Shown here: piece by piece, positions 23,700 to 38,475 of the stretch
Numbering within the stretch: position 1 is the first letter of the stretch
How the letters are laid out: every line of letters starts with the position of its first letter
Notes under the pieces: model-generated
Seen by the model: the letters and a program-made list of their open reading frames with translations, nothing else
Told to the model about the DNA's origin: nothing
Database searches by the model: none
Origin: Mobula hypostoma
Lineage: Eukaryota
Length of the DNA: 64,000 nucleotides
Direction of reading: 5' to 3'
Assembly (NCBI RefSeq): GCF_963921235.1
Contig: NC_086101.1
Span: 1,178,001 to 1,242,000, forward strand
Program-made: the position numbers and the translations under genes

Positions 23700-26526
23700 T
23701 CAGAAAACCTACAGCACAATACACGTCCTTGGCCCACAAAGCTGTGCCGAACATGTCCTTACGAGCTACCTAGGCTTACACATAGCCCTCTATTTTTCAA
23801 AGCTCCATGTAGCTATCCAGGAGTCTCTTAAAAGACCTTATTGTTTCCGCTTCCACCACCGACGCCGGCAGCTCATTCCACGCACTCACCACTCTCTGTG
23901 TAAAAAACTTACCCCTGACATCTCCTCTGTACCTACTCCCCAGCACCTTAAAACTGTACGCTCATGTGTTAGCCAATTCAGCCCTGGGAAAAAGCCTCTG
24001 ATTATCCACACGATCAATGCCTCTCATTATCTTGTACACCTCTACCAGGTCACCTCTCATCCTCTGTTGCTCCAAGGAGAAAAGGCCGAGTTCACTCAAC
24101 CTATTCTCATAAGGCATGCTCCCCAATCCAGGCAACATCCTTGTAAATCTCCTCTGCACCCTTTCTATGGTTTCCACATCTTTCCTGTAGTGACGCGACC
24201 AGAACTGAGCACAGTACTCCAAGTGGGGTCTGACCAGGGTCCTATATAGCTGCAACATTACCTCTCAGCTCTTGAACTCAATTCCACGGCTGATGAAGGC
24301 CAATGCACCATATGCCTTTTTAACCACAGAGTCAACCTGCGTAGCAGCTTTGAGTTTCCTATGGACTCGGAAACTAAGATCCCTCTGATCCTCCACATTG
24401 CCAAGAGTCTTATCATTAATACTATATTCTGCCATCATATTTGACCTACCAAAAAGAACTACCTCACACTTATCTGGGTTGAACTCCATCTGCCACTTCT
24501 CTGCCGAGTTTTGCATCCTATCAATTTCCGATTGTAACCACTGACAGCCCTCCATACTATCCACGACACTTCCAACCTTTGTGTCATCAGCAAATTTACT
24601 AACCCAACCCTCCACTTCCTCATCCAAGTCATTTAAAAAATCACAAAGAGTAGGGGTCCCAGAACAGATCCCTGAGGCACACCACTGGTCACCGGCCTCC
24701 ATGCAGAATATGATCCATCTACAACCTCTCTTTGCCTTCCATGGGCAAGCCAGTTCTGGATCCACAAAGCAATGTCCCCTTGGATCCCATGCCTCCTTAC
24801 TTTCTCAATCAGCTTTGCATGGGGTACCTTATCAAATGCCTTGCTGAAATCCAAAAACACTACATCATCAACCTACCTTCATCAATATGTTTCGTCACAT
24901 CCTTAAAAAGTTCAGTCAGGCTTGCAAGGCACGATCTGCCTTTCACAAAACCATGCTGACTATTCCTAATCATATTATGCCTCTCCAAATGTTCATAAAT
25001 CCTGCCTCTTAGAATCTTCTCCTACAACTTACGAACCACTGAAGTAAGACTCACTGGCCTATAATTTCCTGGGCTATCTCTACTCCATTTCTTGAATAAG
25101 GGAACAACATCTGCAACCCTCCAATCCTCTGGAACCTCTCCCATCCCCATTGATGATGAAAATATCATTGCCAGAGGCTCAGCAATCTCCTCTCTTGCTT
25201 CCCACAGTCGCCCACAATACATCCCGTCTGGTCCTGGTGACTTGAAGCTTTCAAAAAGCACCAGCACATCCTCTTCCTTAATATCTACATGCTCAAGCTT
25301 TTCAGACTGCTGCAAGTCATCCCTATAAGTGCCAAGATCCTTTTCCATAGTGAATACTGAAGTAAAGTATTCATTAAGTACCTCTGCTATTTCCTCCGGT
25401 TCCATACACACTTTTCCACTGTCACACTTGATTGGTCCTACTCTCTCACATCTTATCCTCTTGCTCTTTACTTGTAGAATGCCTTGGGATTTTCCTTAAT
25501 CCTGTCTGCCAAGGCCTTCTCATGGCCCCTTCTGGCTCTCCTAATTTCATTCTTAAGCTTCTTCCTGCGAGCCTTATAATCTCCCAGATCTCTATCATTA
25601 CCTAGTTTTTTGAACCTTTCGTAAGCTCGTCTTTTCGTCTTGACTCGATTTAAAACAGCCTTTGTACACCACGGTTCCTGTACCTTATCATCCCTTCCCT
25701 GTCTCAGTGCAACGTATCTACACAGAACCCCACAAAAATATCCCCTGAAAATTTGCCACATTTTTTCTGCACATTTCCCTGAGAACATCTGTTTCCAATT
25801 TATGTTTCCAAGCTCCTCCCTGATAGCCTCATATTTCCTCTTACTCCAATTAAACGTTTCCCTAAATTGCCTGTTCCTATCTCTTTCCAATGCTATGGTA
25901 CAGCAGAAAGAATTATGATCACTTTCTCCAAAATGCTCTCCTACTGAGAGACCTGACACCCGACCAGGTTCATTTCCCAATACCAGATCAAGTACAGCCT
26001 CTCCTCTGGTAGGCTTATCTACATATTGTGTCAGGAAACCTTCCTGAACACACCTAACAAACTCCATCCCATCTAAACCCTTCGCTCAAGGGAGATGCCA
26101 ATCAATATTTGGGAAATTAAAATCTCCCACCACAATAACCCTGTTATTATTACACCTCTGCAGATTCTGTCTCCCCTCCTTGATGTCCCTGTTACTATTG
26201 GGTGGTCTATAAAAAACACCCAGTAGAGTTATTGACACCTTCCTATTCCTAACTTCCACCCACAGAGACTCCGTAGACAACCCCTCCATGACTTCCTCCT
26301 TTTCTGCAGCCGTGACACTATCTCTGATCAACAGTGCCATGCCCCCACCTCTTTTGCCTCCCTCCCTGTCCTTTCTGAAGCATCTAAAGCCTGGGACTTG
26401 AAGTAGCCATTCCTGCCCCTGCACCATCCAAGTCTCTGTAATGGCCACAACATCATAGCTCCAAGTGCTGATCCATGCTTTAACCGCATCTGCTTTGTTC
26501 ATAACACTCCTCGCATTAAAATAGAC
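23700..26526 (-). mobile_element. CR1 ORF2, near complete, frameshifted
   Basis: Colinear ORFs 26086-26601 (YFNARS, TETW, YRPP), 25468, 25022, 24633, 24265, 23962 spanning EN to RT to 3' tail. Confidence 0.92.
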
Positions 26527-27617
26527 ATAAGAACATAAGAAATAGGAGCAGGAGTAGGTCATCCGGCCCATTGAGCCTGCCTCACCATTCAATAAAATCA
26601 TGGCTGATCTGTCCGTAAACTCATCTCCATCTACCTGCCTTTTCCCTATAACCCGTAATTCCCTTACTATATAAAAACCTATCTAACTGTATCTTAAATA
26701 TATTTAATGAAGAAGCCTCAACAGTTTCCCTGGGCAGAGAATTCCACAGATTCACCACTCTCTGGAAAAAACAGTTTCTACTCATCTCCGTCCTAAATCT
26801 TCCCCTGAATCTTGAGGCAATGTCCCCTAGTTCTAGTCTTACCTACCAATGGTAACAACTTTCCTACTTCTATCTTATCTATCCCTTTCAAAATTTTGTA
26901 TGTTTCTATAAGATCCCCTCTCATTCTTCTGAACTCAAGAGTACAGTCCCAGGCGACTCAATCTCCCCTCATAGGTTAACCCCTTCATCTCTGGAATCAA
27001 CCTGGTGAACCTCCTCTGCACTGATTCCAAAGCCAGTATATCCTTCCTCAAGTATGGAGACCAGAACTGCACACAGTACTCCAGGTGCGGCCTCACCAGT
27101 ACCCTGTACAGTTGCAGCATGACCTCCCTGCTCTTGAATTCAATCCGTCTAGCAATGAAGGCCAACATTCCATTTGCCTTCTTAATAACCTGTTGTACCT
27201 CAAGCCAACTTTTTGCGATTCATGCACATGCACTCCAAATTCCCTCTGCACAACAGCATGCTGCAATCTTTCACCATTTAAATAATATTCTGCTCTTCTA
27301 TTATTCCTTCCAAAGTGGATGATCTCACATTTACCAAATGGTATTCCATCTGATCTTGGCCCAATCAATTAACCTACCGATATCCCTCTGCAGACTCTCC
27401 ACATTCTCTGTAGAATTTGCTTTTCCACTCAGTTTAGTGTCATCAGCAAATTTTGCAACACAACACACAGTCCCTTCTACCAAATCATCAATATAAATGG
27501 TAAACAGCCGCAGACCCAGCGCCAACCCCTGCGGCACCCCACTCACCACTGACGGCCAACCGGAGAAACACCCATTTATACCAACTCTCTGCCTTCTATT
27601 GGTTAACCAATCCACTA

Positions 27618-30132
27618 GCAGATAGGGAGACAGACTCTCGAAAGGAGTAGTAATAATAGGGTTGTTGTGATGGGAGATTTTAATTTCCCAAATGTTGACT
27701 GGCATCTACCTAGTGTGAGGGGTTTAGATGTGGTAGAGTTTGTTAGGAGTCTTCAGGGTTTCTTGACACAATATGTAGATAAGCCTGCAAGAGGAGAGGC
27801 TGTACTTGATCTGGTATTGGGAAATGAACCTGGTCAGGTGTCAGGTCTCTCAGTGGGAGAGCATTTTGGAGATATGATCACAATTCTATCTCCTTTACCA
27901 TAGCATTGGAGAGGGATAGGAACAGACAAGTTAGGAAAAGGTTTAATTGGAGTAAGGGGAACTACGAGGCTATCAGGCAGGAACTTGGAAGCATAAATTG
28001 GAAATAGGTGTTCTCAGGGAAATGTACCGAAGAAATGTGGCAGATGTTCAGGGGATATTTGCATGGGGTTCTGAGTAGGTATGTTCCAATGAGACAGGGA
28101 AAGGATGTTACGGTACAAGAACTGTGGTGCACAAAGGCTGTTGTAAATCTCATCAAGAAGAAAAGAAGAGCTTATGAAAGGTTCAAAAAACTAGGTAATG
28201 ATATGAATCTAGAAGTTTAGAAGGCTTGCAGGAAGGAGTTTAAGAATGAAATTAGGAGAGTCAGAAGGGGCCATGAGAAGGCCTTGGTGGACAGGATTAA
28301 GGAAAACCCCAAGGCATTCTACAAGTATGTGAAGAACAAGAGGATAAGACGTAAGATAATAGGACCAATCAAGTGTGACAATGGAAAAGTGTGTATGGAA
28401 CCAGAGAAAATAGTAGAGGTACTTAATGAACACTTTCCTTCAGTATTCACTACGAAAAAGGATCTTGGTGATTGTACGGATGACTTACAGTGGACTGAAA
28501 AGTTTGAGAATGCAGATATTAAGAAAGAGGATGTGCTGGAGCTTTTGGAAAGCATCAAGTTGAAAAAGTCACCGGGACCAGACAGGATGTACCCCCGCTA
28601 CTGTGGGAAGCAGGGGAGGAGATTGCTGAGCCTCTGGCAATGATCTTTGCATCATCAATGGAGACAGGAGAGGCTCCGGAGGATTGGAGGGTTGCGGATG
28701 TTGTTCCTTTATTCAAGAAAGGGAGTAGAGATGTCACAGGAAATTACAGGCCAGTGAGTCTTACTTCAGTGGGTGGTAAGTTGATGGAGAAGATCCCCAG
28801 AGGCAGGATTTATGAACATTTGGAAAGGGATAATATGATTAGGAATAGTCAGCATGGCTTTGTCAAAGGCAGGTCGTGCCTTACGAGCCTGATTGAATTT
28901 TTTGAGGATGTGACAAAGCACATTGATGAAGGTAGAGCCATAGATGTAGTGTGTATGGATTTCAGCAAGGCATTTGACAAGGTACCCCATGCAAGGCTTA
29001 TTGAGAATGTAAGGAGGCATGGGATCCAAGGGGATATTGCTTTGTGGATCCAGAACTGGCTTGGCCACAGAAGGCAAAGAGTGGTTGTAGATGGGTCATA
29101 TTCTGCATGGAGGCTGGTGACCAGTGGTGTGCCTCAGGGATCTGTTCTGGGACCCCTACTGTTCGTGATTTTTATAAATGACCTGGATGAGGAAGTGGAG
29201 GGTCGGGTTAGTAAATTTGCTGATGACACAAAGGTTGGTGATGTTGTGGATTGTGTGGAGGGCTATCAGAGGTTATAACAGGACATCGATAGGATGCACA
29301 ACTGGGCTGAGAAGTGGCAGATAGAGTTTAACCCAGATAAGTGTGAGGTGGTTCATTTTGGTAAGTCAAATATGATGGCAGAATATAGTGTTAATGGTCA
29401 GACTCTTGGCAGTGTGGAGGATCAGAGGGATCTTGGGGTCCGAGTCCATAGGATACTCAAAGCTGCTACACAGGTTGACTCTGTGGTTAAGAAGGCATAC
29501 GGTATATTGGCCTTCATCAATCATGGGATTGAGTTTAAGAGCTGAGAGGTAATGTTGCAGCTATATAGGATCCTGGTCAGACCCCACTTGGAGTACTGGG
29601 CTCAGTTCTAGTCGCATCACTATAGGAAGGACGTGGAAACCATAGAAAGGGTGCAGTGGAGATTTACAAGGATGTTGCCTGGATTGGGGAGCATGCCTTA
29701 TGAGAATAGGTTGAGTGAACTTGGCCTTTTCTCCTTGGAGCGACGGAGGATGAGAGGTGACTTGATAGAGGTGTACAAGATAATGAGAGGCATTGATCGT
29801 GTGGATAGTCAGAGGATTTTCCCCAGGGCTGAATTGGCTAGCACGAGAGTGCATAGTTTTAAGGTGCTTGGAAGTAGGTTCAGAGGAGATGTCAGGGTAA
29901 GTTTTTATTACGCAGAGAGTAGTGAGTGCGCGGAATTGGCTGCCGGCGGTGGTGTTGGAGGCAGAAATGATAGGGTCTTTTAAGAGACTCCTGGATGGCT
30001 ACATGGAGCTTAGAAAAATAGAGGGCTATGGGTAAAGCCTAGGTATTTCTAAGGTAGGGACATGTTCAGCACAGCTTTGTGGGCGAAAGGGCCTGTATTG
30101 TGCTGTATGTTTTCTATGCTTCTATGTTTCTA
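27618..30132 (+). mobile_element. 5'-truncated CR1 inserted antisense into the host CR1
   Basis: ORFs 27667-29983 give EN-tail/RT (SKFADDT); (TTCTATG)n tail; CTA at both junctions. Confidence 0.92.
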
Positions 30133-30391
30133 TTCATGCCAATACACTTCCTTCGACTCCATGCATTTGTATCTTATTTATGTCTCTTGTGCGGCACCTT
30201 ATCAAATGCCTTCTGGAAATCCAAGTATACGACATCCACCTGTTCCTTTCTATCCACTGCACTCATTATATCCTCAAAGAACTCCAGTAAGTTTGTCAAA
30301 CAGGACCTGCCCTTCCTGAATCCATGTTGCGTCTGTCTAATGGAACCACGTCTTTCTCAATGTTTGGCTTTTCTTCCTTAATGACAGCTTT

Positions 30392-31078
30392 TCTTCCAAA
30401 TGAAAAGGAGAAGGAGGAGAAGACGGTGGTGCGAGGGCAGTGTGCGCAGCCACTTCAGTGATGATGTCTGTTATCTGTCAAGTAGGGGACTGTGCACATT
30501 TCTGATTTGATGGAGACAGACGTGAGAGTACAGAGGAACATCTGGAAAACTTCTGAAATGCCTGCTTTGCTGCTGCTGCTAATGTGTGGTAACCGGAATC
30601 TCCGGAGCAGAAGACCCCGAAACCCTCAGCTTTGCTTGTTTCAGCGGCTGGGGAGAGGTCGAAGGTGCTCGGCAGAGAATGGCGCTCAGGAGGCTGTATT
30701 GGAGAGGCTGGTCGGAAGCTCGAAGTTTTCGGACGGATGGACTCAGTGTTGGCTGTGGTCGGCTGCTTCCAAGGCATCGGCAATTTGTCAGTGCCTGGAG
30801 ATTTATGGGAGGGAGTTTCTCCCTTTGCCGCCTGCTATCGGGGACTCGGGAGTCGATCGACTTGGGAACTTTTGAGACTTTATTTACCGTGCCTATGTTT
30901 TGTTCTTCATCAAATTATGGTATTGCTTTGCACTGCTGTAACTATATAATGATAATTATGTGGTTCTGTCAGTGTTAGTCTTGGTTTGTCCTGTTTTCTG
31001 TAATATCACTCTGGAGAAACATGCATGTATGCAGTTCTAAATGACAATAAAAGAGGACTGAGTGTTCTCATAATCTAA
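30392..31078 (+). mobile_element. Non-autonomous retroposon family A, copy 2 (diverged subfamily)
   Basis: Homologous to 7478-8115; flanked by AGCTTT (30386-30391 and 31079-31084). Confidence 0.78.
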
Positions 31079-31979
31079 AGCTTTCAAGCATTTTCCCGAC
31101 TACAGATGTTAAGCTAACTGGCCTATAGTTGCCCATCTTTTACCTACATCCTTTTTTAAAAAGTGGCGTGACATTTGCTGTCTTTCAATCCACCGGGACC
31201 TGCCCAGAGTCTAGAGAATTTTGGTAAATGATTACCAAAGTGTCTACTGTAACCTCCGCCAATTCTCTTAGCACCCTGGGATGCATCCCATCAAGACCAG
31301 GGGACTTATCTACCTTCAGGCCCTCTAGTTTGCTCACCACTATCTCTTTAGTGACAGTGATTTTATCGAGGTCCTCACCTCCCATTTCGTCCACAACATC
31401 ATTCTTTGGCATATTAGACGTGTCCTCCACCATCACAAAATAGTCGTTCAATGCTTCAGCCATTTCCTTATCACCCAATATCAATTTCCCCTTCTCGTCT
31501 TCCAAGAGACCTACATTGACTTTAGCCACCCTCTCCCGCTTTATATATTTATAAAAACTTTTGCTATCTGTTTTTATATTTTGTGCTAATTTACTTTCAT
31601 ACTCTTTCTTCCCTTTCCTTATTTCTTGTTTAGTTGTTCTCTGTTGCTTTTTAAATTTTTCCCAATCCTCCAGTCTCCTGGTACTCTTTGCGACTTTGTA
31701 CACATGAGCTTTTAATTCGATACTATCTTTTATTTCCTTAGTTATCCAAGGCTGGCACTCCCCACACTTACTGTCATTACTTTTGACTGGAATATACTTT
31801 TGTTGAGCACTGTGAAAAATCTCTTTGAAATAGTCCGTGAGCCAGGACCCCAAATTTGCTCCACCAGTATCATCTGGGGGGAATAATTCTGATAGTGATT
31901 TTTGGCAAGGTATACACCCCTAGTACTAGAAAATATGTGATAACATTGCAGCGGGGCTGGCTTTCTGTTATGCCCCTGC

Positions 31980-33448
31980 AAAATTCTGCAAGGAAGCACA
32001 TTCGTAGGAATCTGCAATCTGAGCTGGACAATTCAGTCGATATATTTCCAAATGACAAAGGAAAATTGTTAATGATTCCTGAAAGTGTATCATTAAGGGA
32101 TGTTGTCTTGGAAAATCAAACTCTACAGAGGGAACTCAAAGTTTGGAGGGCCAAGGCAACCAATTTCGACAAGATCATAGATCAGACTTCATCACATATC
32201 AGATCAATCATTAGGCAGGCGATGACTGTGACTCCCTGGCCATTCCATCCATCTGATGTGAAAGATAGTGCTCACACCTCCATGCCCGATCAACTAGAGC
32301 CGCTTCTTGTTGGACTGCTCACTGGAAATCCTGACACCAAGACTCAAACACAGAGGGTCACTGCTCTGGTTCAGGTATTTAGTCAGGACATAATATAAGC
32401 TGTGACATGTGGTCAATGTAAACCACCAAAGCACCTTCTACTTCCTTTTGCAGTAAAAACACTGACGGGTAACACTGAGCTCATCCAAACACTGAACAGG
32501 CTTGGGCATGGGCTGTCTTACTCCCAACTTGAAGAGAACAATACTGGCCTGTGTGTCCAAAAGCTAGCAACAGCCTCCAACCAGAGAGTTGTACTTCCAG
32601 CCTCCATCAAGCCTTATGTCTTCACCAATCTTGCATGGGACAATATCGATAGACTTGAGGAAACTCTCACTGGAAAGGGAACATCAGATAGAGTCAATGG
32701 CATAGTGGTACAGGCCAATGTCTATGGACCACATCTGCCAAGAGCTGAGCTTCCACACATTGAGAAACTGAAGCACAGATTAGTCACCATTGAGGACCAA
32801 GAACTGGAAGTATAGGTAGCAGGTGCATGTGTGGGCCCACAGCCTCTCCCCACCAGGGAAGGAAACCAAGGAAGCTGCTCTTCTTGCCTGCAAGAAGAAC
32901 CTGGTGTGGACACTTGGAAGGCAAACAGATCCAGAGAATCAGACAATCCCAAACTGGACTAGTTTTAATATCAGTACCAGGGACCAAGAACCAACCTCAC
33001 AAGATATTGTTGGGTATCTGCCTACCATCAATTCACCAGCCACAGAGTTGACCACAGTATTTGAAATCTTGAACCAATCAGAGCTAATCAGGAAGGAACT
33101 TCATCTAGAAACAATTGTGGTAGTCATGGATCAAGCACTCTATGCAAAAGCCACTGAAATTGCCTGGAAGCACAAAGAGCACTTCTCCAACATTCTTCTC
33201 AGGATGGGGACATTCCATACCATATGTAATGCCTTAGCCATCCTAGGAAACCGATTTCGGGATGCTGGTCTAAAGGACATATGCACAGAGGCTGAAATTG
33301 TCGCAGAGGGGTCCATCAATGGAGTCCTTGATGGTAAACACTACAATCGTGCTGTCAGGGTCCACAAGTACATCTGTGAAGCACTGATGAGACTCACATG
33401 GGCAGAGTTCACACCATGGGTTCAGGACAACACTCCAGAGAGGAGTGG
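31980..33448 (+). pseudogene. Academ-like transposase remnant (continues in frame at 41178-41325)
   Basis: Motifs KPPKHLLL, LNRLGHGLSYS, AWDNID..EETL.G.GT, YLPTINSPAT, VMDQALYAKA, LRMGTFH, GKHYNRAVRVHK; stops at ~32396 and ~32813; family assignment is from recalled motifs, not a search. Confidence 0.72.
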
Positions 33449-33631
33449 TGCTGTGCATGTTACACAACAAAACTATAAATAAAAACACTAGAGACTGGAT
33501 CTAAGTTAACAGGGCTTTTTACTTATGGAACCTGAACCGAACACATATATACAGATCAATACACGCCTAATAGCGCATGTTCAATAACATGTTACTACGA
33601 CATAAAATAGTCCCATATTATACAGTAGGCT
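33449..33631 (-). repeat. Gypsy 3' LTR
   Basis: Direct repeat of 41019-41162; adjoins the PPT. Confidence 0.9.
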
Positions 33632-36574
33632 CCTCCCCTTTCATTTTAAAAGTGTATCAACTTTTTTTTAAGTTAATAGAGGCACTACGCTAAACAAATA
33701 TTGTATGTGTACCCTTAATATACAAATGCCCACCAACTGTTTAATTAGTAACATAATAATATGAAATTATAACAAAGTAATGTAATAATAATAATAATTA
33801 TTATAACTGGTCTCTGGCAGGGCGGGGGGGCATCTCTGCCTCTCCCTGCAACATTTGATTTGGGGAGTGAGTCTCCACAGGTACATCAGGTGGGTCCTCA
33901 GCACTGATGACAGGCTTATCTGTGGCTAAGGCTGATGTGGTCACATCAGGAGTGTTTGCTTCTATGTCCGGGGAGTCAGGGTAAGGTGTTGTTGTGTTTT
34001 CCATCTGTGCATTCAGGATTTGATCCACATGATGTGCTTCTATGTCATGGGAGTTCGGGTAAGGTGTTGTTGAGTTCTTCACCTGGGCATCCCAGATTTG
34101 ATCCACATGACGTCCCCATACATCCTCTCCCACCTGTACTCTATACATCAGTGGCCCATCTGTGGTGAAAATTATACCCGGCTGCCACATTTCAGTCTGG
34201 TAATCCCATACAAGAACTGACACTGAAGCTCCGTGTAGACTTAACATTCAAGTGTTTGAACTGTCTGTTCACCACATCACGCCGTACATCTGGTTTAAGA
34301 AGATCCATGCAGGACCTCAGGTTCCTGTTCAGAAACATCATCGCTGGAGTCTGGTTAGGGGTTGTGTGCACTTCATTATGATAGGCAAGGAGGAAGCTGT
34401 CTATCTTGTGTTGTAGTGGTCGATTTTCGCTGTCCCTTGCCTTCAAGGCTTTCTTGAATGTCTGTACAAATCTTTCTGCCAAGCCATTTGAGGATGGATG
34501 GTAAGGAGCTGATGTAAAGTGCTTGATTCCATTGTTCTTCACAAAACCTTGGAATTCTTCAGAAACAAATTGTCGTCCATTGTCTGTGCAGATTTGCTCT
34601 GGTATGCCATTCCTAGCGAACATGGTCCTCAGAACTGTAATGGTCTTTTCCGATGTGGTTGTCTTCATTTTGATGACCTCTGGCCATTTGGAATGTGCAT
34701 CGAAGGCGATTAAAAAGATAGAGTCCATAAAGGGTTCAGCAAAGTCAGTGTACACTCGCTGCTATGGTGATGAGGTCCACTCCCATGGATGGAGAGGGGC
34801 ATGTGGTGGTGTGTTCTGGAGCTTTTGACATCCAGAGCAGTTCTTGGTCAAGTCCTCAATCTGTTTATCGATTCCTGGCCACCACACATAGGCACGGGCG
34901 AGACCTTTCATCTTCATGGTACCCAGGTGCCCCTCGTGCAGCTCCTCCAGCACTCTGGTGCATAGCTTGGGAGGGATCACAACTCGTGAGCCACACATTA
35001 GTGTTCCTTGACACACTGACAACTGCTCCTTCCTCGCTGAGAAGGCTGGAAACAGTGTGTTACCCCGTGCTTGCCATCCCTTTACCATGAAGTCATACAC
35101 TTTTGACAACATAGGGTCATTGTGTGTTTCCCTTTCAATGAGGCTGTTTGTTACTGGTAACTGTTCAACTATTGTTGTGTGAAAGATCTGAATCCATTTA
35201 CATAGTGATCCCGGAAGTGGGCAGTGGTAAATGTGACAAACCATCTGCGTTGCCATGTTGCTTGGTCCTCTGTATTCAATGTCAAACATGTGACCTCCTA
35301 AGAAAAGGGACCATCGCTGCAGCCTTTGTGCTGTCATCACTGGAACACCTTTTCTTGGGTTGAAGCTTGACACGAGAGGCTGATGGTCAGTCAACAGGGT
35401 AAACTTTTGGCCATACAGGTAGTGACTGAATTTCTTGACTCCCCACGAGGCTTAGGCCTCTCCGTCAATCTGTGCGCAGTTGCGTTCAGCTGAAGTTAGC
35501 GTTCTTGAAGCAAAGACTATTGGTCGTTCGGAGCCATCTGGAAACTTGTGCAATAACACAGCTCCTATCCCATGGGGTGAGGCATTACAAGCTAGTCAGA
35601 TAGGTAAGGAGGGGTCAAAGTGCGCGAGCACCCCGTCTGAAGTTATGAGTCTTTTAGTTTCCTGAAACGCTTTCTCATAGCTCTCAGTCCACTTCCAATG
35701 TGTCCCTGCCTGTAATAATGCATTTAGTGGGTGTAGGACTGTGGATAGGATAGGCAAGAACTTGTGGTAGTAGTTCACTAGACCGAGATATGGAGACTCA
35801 TTTTCAGGTGGTGGTGCCTTAAGTACCGCTTCCATCTTGTCTTGAGACATGTGTAAGCCATCCTTGTTGATCACATGCCCACAGTATGAAATTTCCTTTC
35901 TGAAAAAATCACATTTCTCTCAATTAGCTCTGAGCCCATATTCTCATAACCTGGTGAGCAATTGTTCATGGTTAGAAAGATGTTCGTCGTCATCCTTGCT
36001 GGTGACAGTGATGTCATCCAGGTAACACTGAGTCCCTGGAATCCCCTGCAGGACCTGGTCCATTGCCCTTTGCCAGATTGCAGGAGCTGATGCTATCCCA
36101 AACACCAACCTGTTGTACTGGTAAAGTCCTTTGTGTGTATTTATTGTCAGGTATTTCGTGGATGCTTCGTCGATTTCCATTTGGAGGTAAGCCTGGGTCA
36201 AATCAATTTTTGTGAAATGTTCCCCTCCTGACAGGGAAGGAAAAATGTCCTCAATACGAGGTAGAGGATACTGTACTGTGCGGAGAACTGGGTTAACAGT
36301 CACCACATATGAGCACCTTGCTTGGTTTTCCTGGTTTTGTGCTGGAGGTTTTCTTCATCACTGGAACAATAGGCGTGGCCCATTCACTCCAATCCACCTT
36401 TGACAGGACCCCAGTCTGCTCCAGTTTTTTCAGCTCTGCCTCTACTGTAGGACGGATTGCATATGGCATTGGTCTGGCTTTGTGAAATTTTGGACATGCA
36501 TTTTCCTCAATCTCAGTCTTTGCTTTCATGCCTTGAAGTGTCCTATTCCTTCCACCTAAGAGAGGGAAAACTCT

Positions 36575-37205
36575 GATTTATGATTATGAAGACATGCAGT
36601 TCTCTTTTATTGTCATTTAGTAATGCATGCATTAAGAAATGATACAATATTTCCTCTGATGTGATATCACAAAACACAGGACAGACCAAGACTGAAAAAA
36701 CTGACAAAAACACAAAATTATAACATAATAGTTACAACAGTGCAACAATACCATAACTTGATGAAGAAGTCCATGAGCACAGTAAAAAGTTCAAAGTCTC
36801 TCAAATGTCCCACATTTCACGCAGACGGGAGAAGGAAGAAAAACTCTCCCTGCCATGCCTGACCGCAATCCACCTCTGAGTCATCTGAAAACTTCAAGCC
36901 TCTGAATCAGCTCTCCGACACCGAGTACTGAGCGCCATCTCTGTCTGAACGATTCGACCTCAACCTTGGTCGCCAACAGCAGACAAGGCCAGGGATTTTG
37001 AGGCCTTCCCTCTTGGAAGATTCCTGACCGCGCAGTAACAACAGCAGCGAACAAGCGTTTCAGAAATTTCTCCAGATGTTCCTCTGTGCTTTCATGTCCG
37101 TCTCCATCAAATCAAAATTGTCCATGGCCCCTATTTAACGGATACAATATCATTTTTCACCAGAGGGCTGCGCACGCGTGGCACGCTGCTCTCTCTCCTC
37201 CCGCC
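36575..37205 (-). mobile_element. Non-autonomous retroposon family A, copy 3
   Basis: Reverse complement of 7478-8115; lies between the Gypsy protease and RT. Confidence 0.8.
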
Positions 37206-37211
37206 GACCTC

Positions 37212-37544
37212 CGTTGACTTCAAACCTCCGCTGCCTTGGAGCCATACCCACTCATGGGAAGGGCTTCGGGAGTAAACCCTGAGGACAAATCCGGAGCTGG
37301 AGTCCCTAAGGCAGTCCGACGTTGCCTTCAACCTCGTTCTGGCAACTCCTGTGACGACTCTAGTGCCAAGCTGTATCGGCCCTTGCCCTTCCCTTGAACA
37401 ACATCGGTAGCGTGGAGAGGGGAGACTTGCTGCATAGGCAACTGCCACTCTTCCATACAACCTTGCCCAGGCCTGCGCCCTGGAGAGACTGAAGCAAGAC
37501 GTTCCAGGCGCAGATCCATGGTCTCACGAGACTAACGGATGCCA
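37212..37544 (+). mobile_element. RTE-derived non-autonomous element (SINE-like)
   Basis: Last 58 bp (37487-37544) match the 3' terminus of the RTE LINE at 48995-49052; the remainder is non-coding. Confidence 0.7.
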
Positions 37545-38475
37545 TCAGAGGTTCAGTGGCTGTGTTTTACCTCCATGGATCACTGTCACTTTAATTTTGC
37601 CTTTGGAACGCACCTTCTGTCCTGTGTAAGTCTTTAGCAGTAGTTTAGTTTGTTTCAGAGGTATAGGCGAAAACAGTCGTTTGTAGTCGCGTACAGAGAT
37701 CACTGTTAAGGCTGAGCCTGTGTTCAATTCCTGCCACTTGTGGAGTGATCCATATTACTCTTCAATCATCTGTCTCTTCCACGCTGTGAAGTGGCAGACG
37801 AGACAATTCACTTTTGTCTGAGTCATTTTCATCAGAATTGCTTTCTTTCATTTTGTGCACATTATTGTATTTACCTTTCTGGGGTTTTTTGTTCTCTGTA
37901 TTTTTCCCTTTTCCTGCTGTTTACTAGCTTTGTATACTCTGCCAGTGTGGTCCTGTTTGCCACAGTTTCTGCATTCTTTATCTTTAAACCAACAGTCATC
38001 AGGGTCATGTGACCTGTTCCCACAATGGTAACGTTTCTTTCCTTCATTTCTGCACAGTGATATTTTATTCATAGCATATTCCAAAGATGTTTGTTGTATC
38101 TGTGAAGCACCTGGTGCGGATGTTTCTAATGACATTGAGATGTTTAGCACTTTCTCTAATGTAAGGTGTTTTTCACACGGGCTTTTTCTGTGTGGTTTCA
38201 CAGTACATCCCACACACCAACCTGTCCCTCAATGCGTCCGATAGACCAGCTCCAAATTGACAATGTTCTGATAATTTGCGCAATTCAGCACAATATTCAG
38301 AAATGCTTTCATCTTTGCCCTGATTCCATTTATGGAATTTAAATCTTTCAGCAGTGACGAGCGGTTTGAGGTTTAAATGCTGTTGGAGAGTGTCTACTAT
38401 TTGCTTGAACATTTTGTCAGCTGGCTTTTCAGGGGTTAACAAGCAGGCCATATGTTTTTGTGCCCATTACACTAA

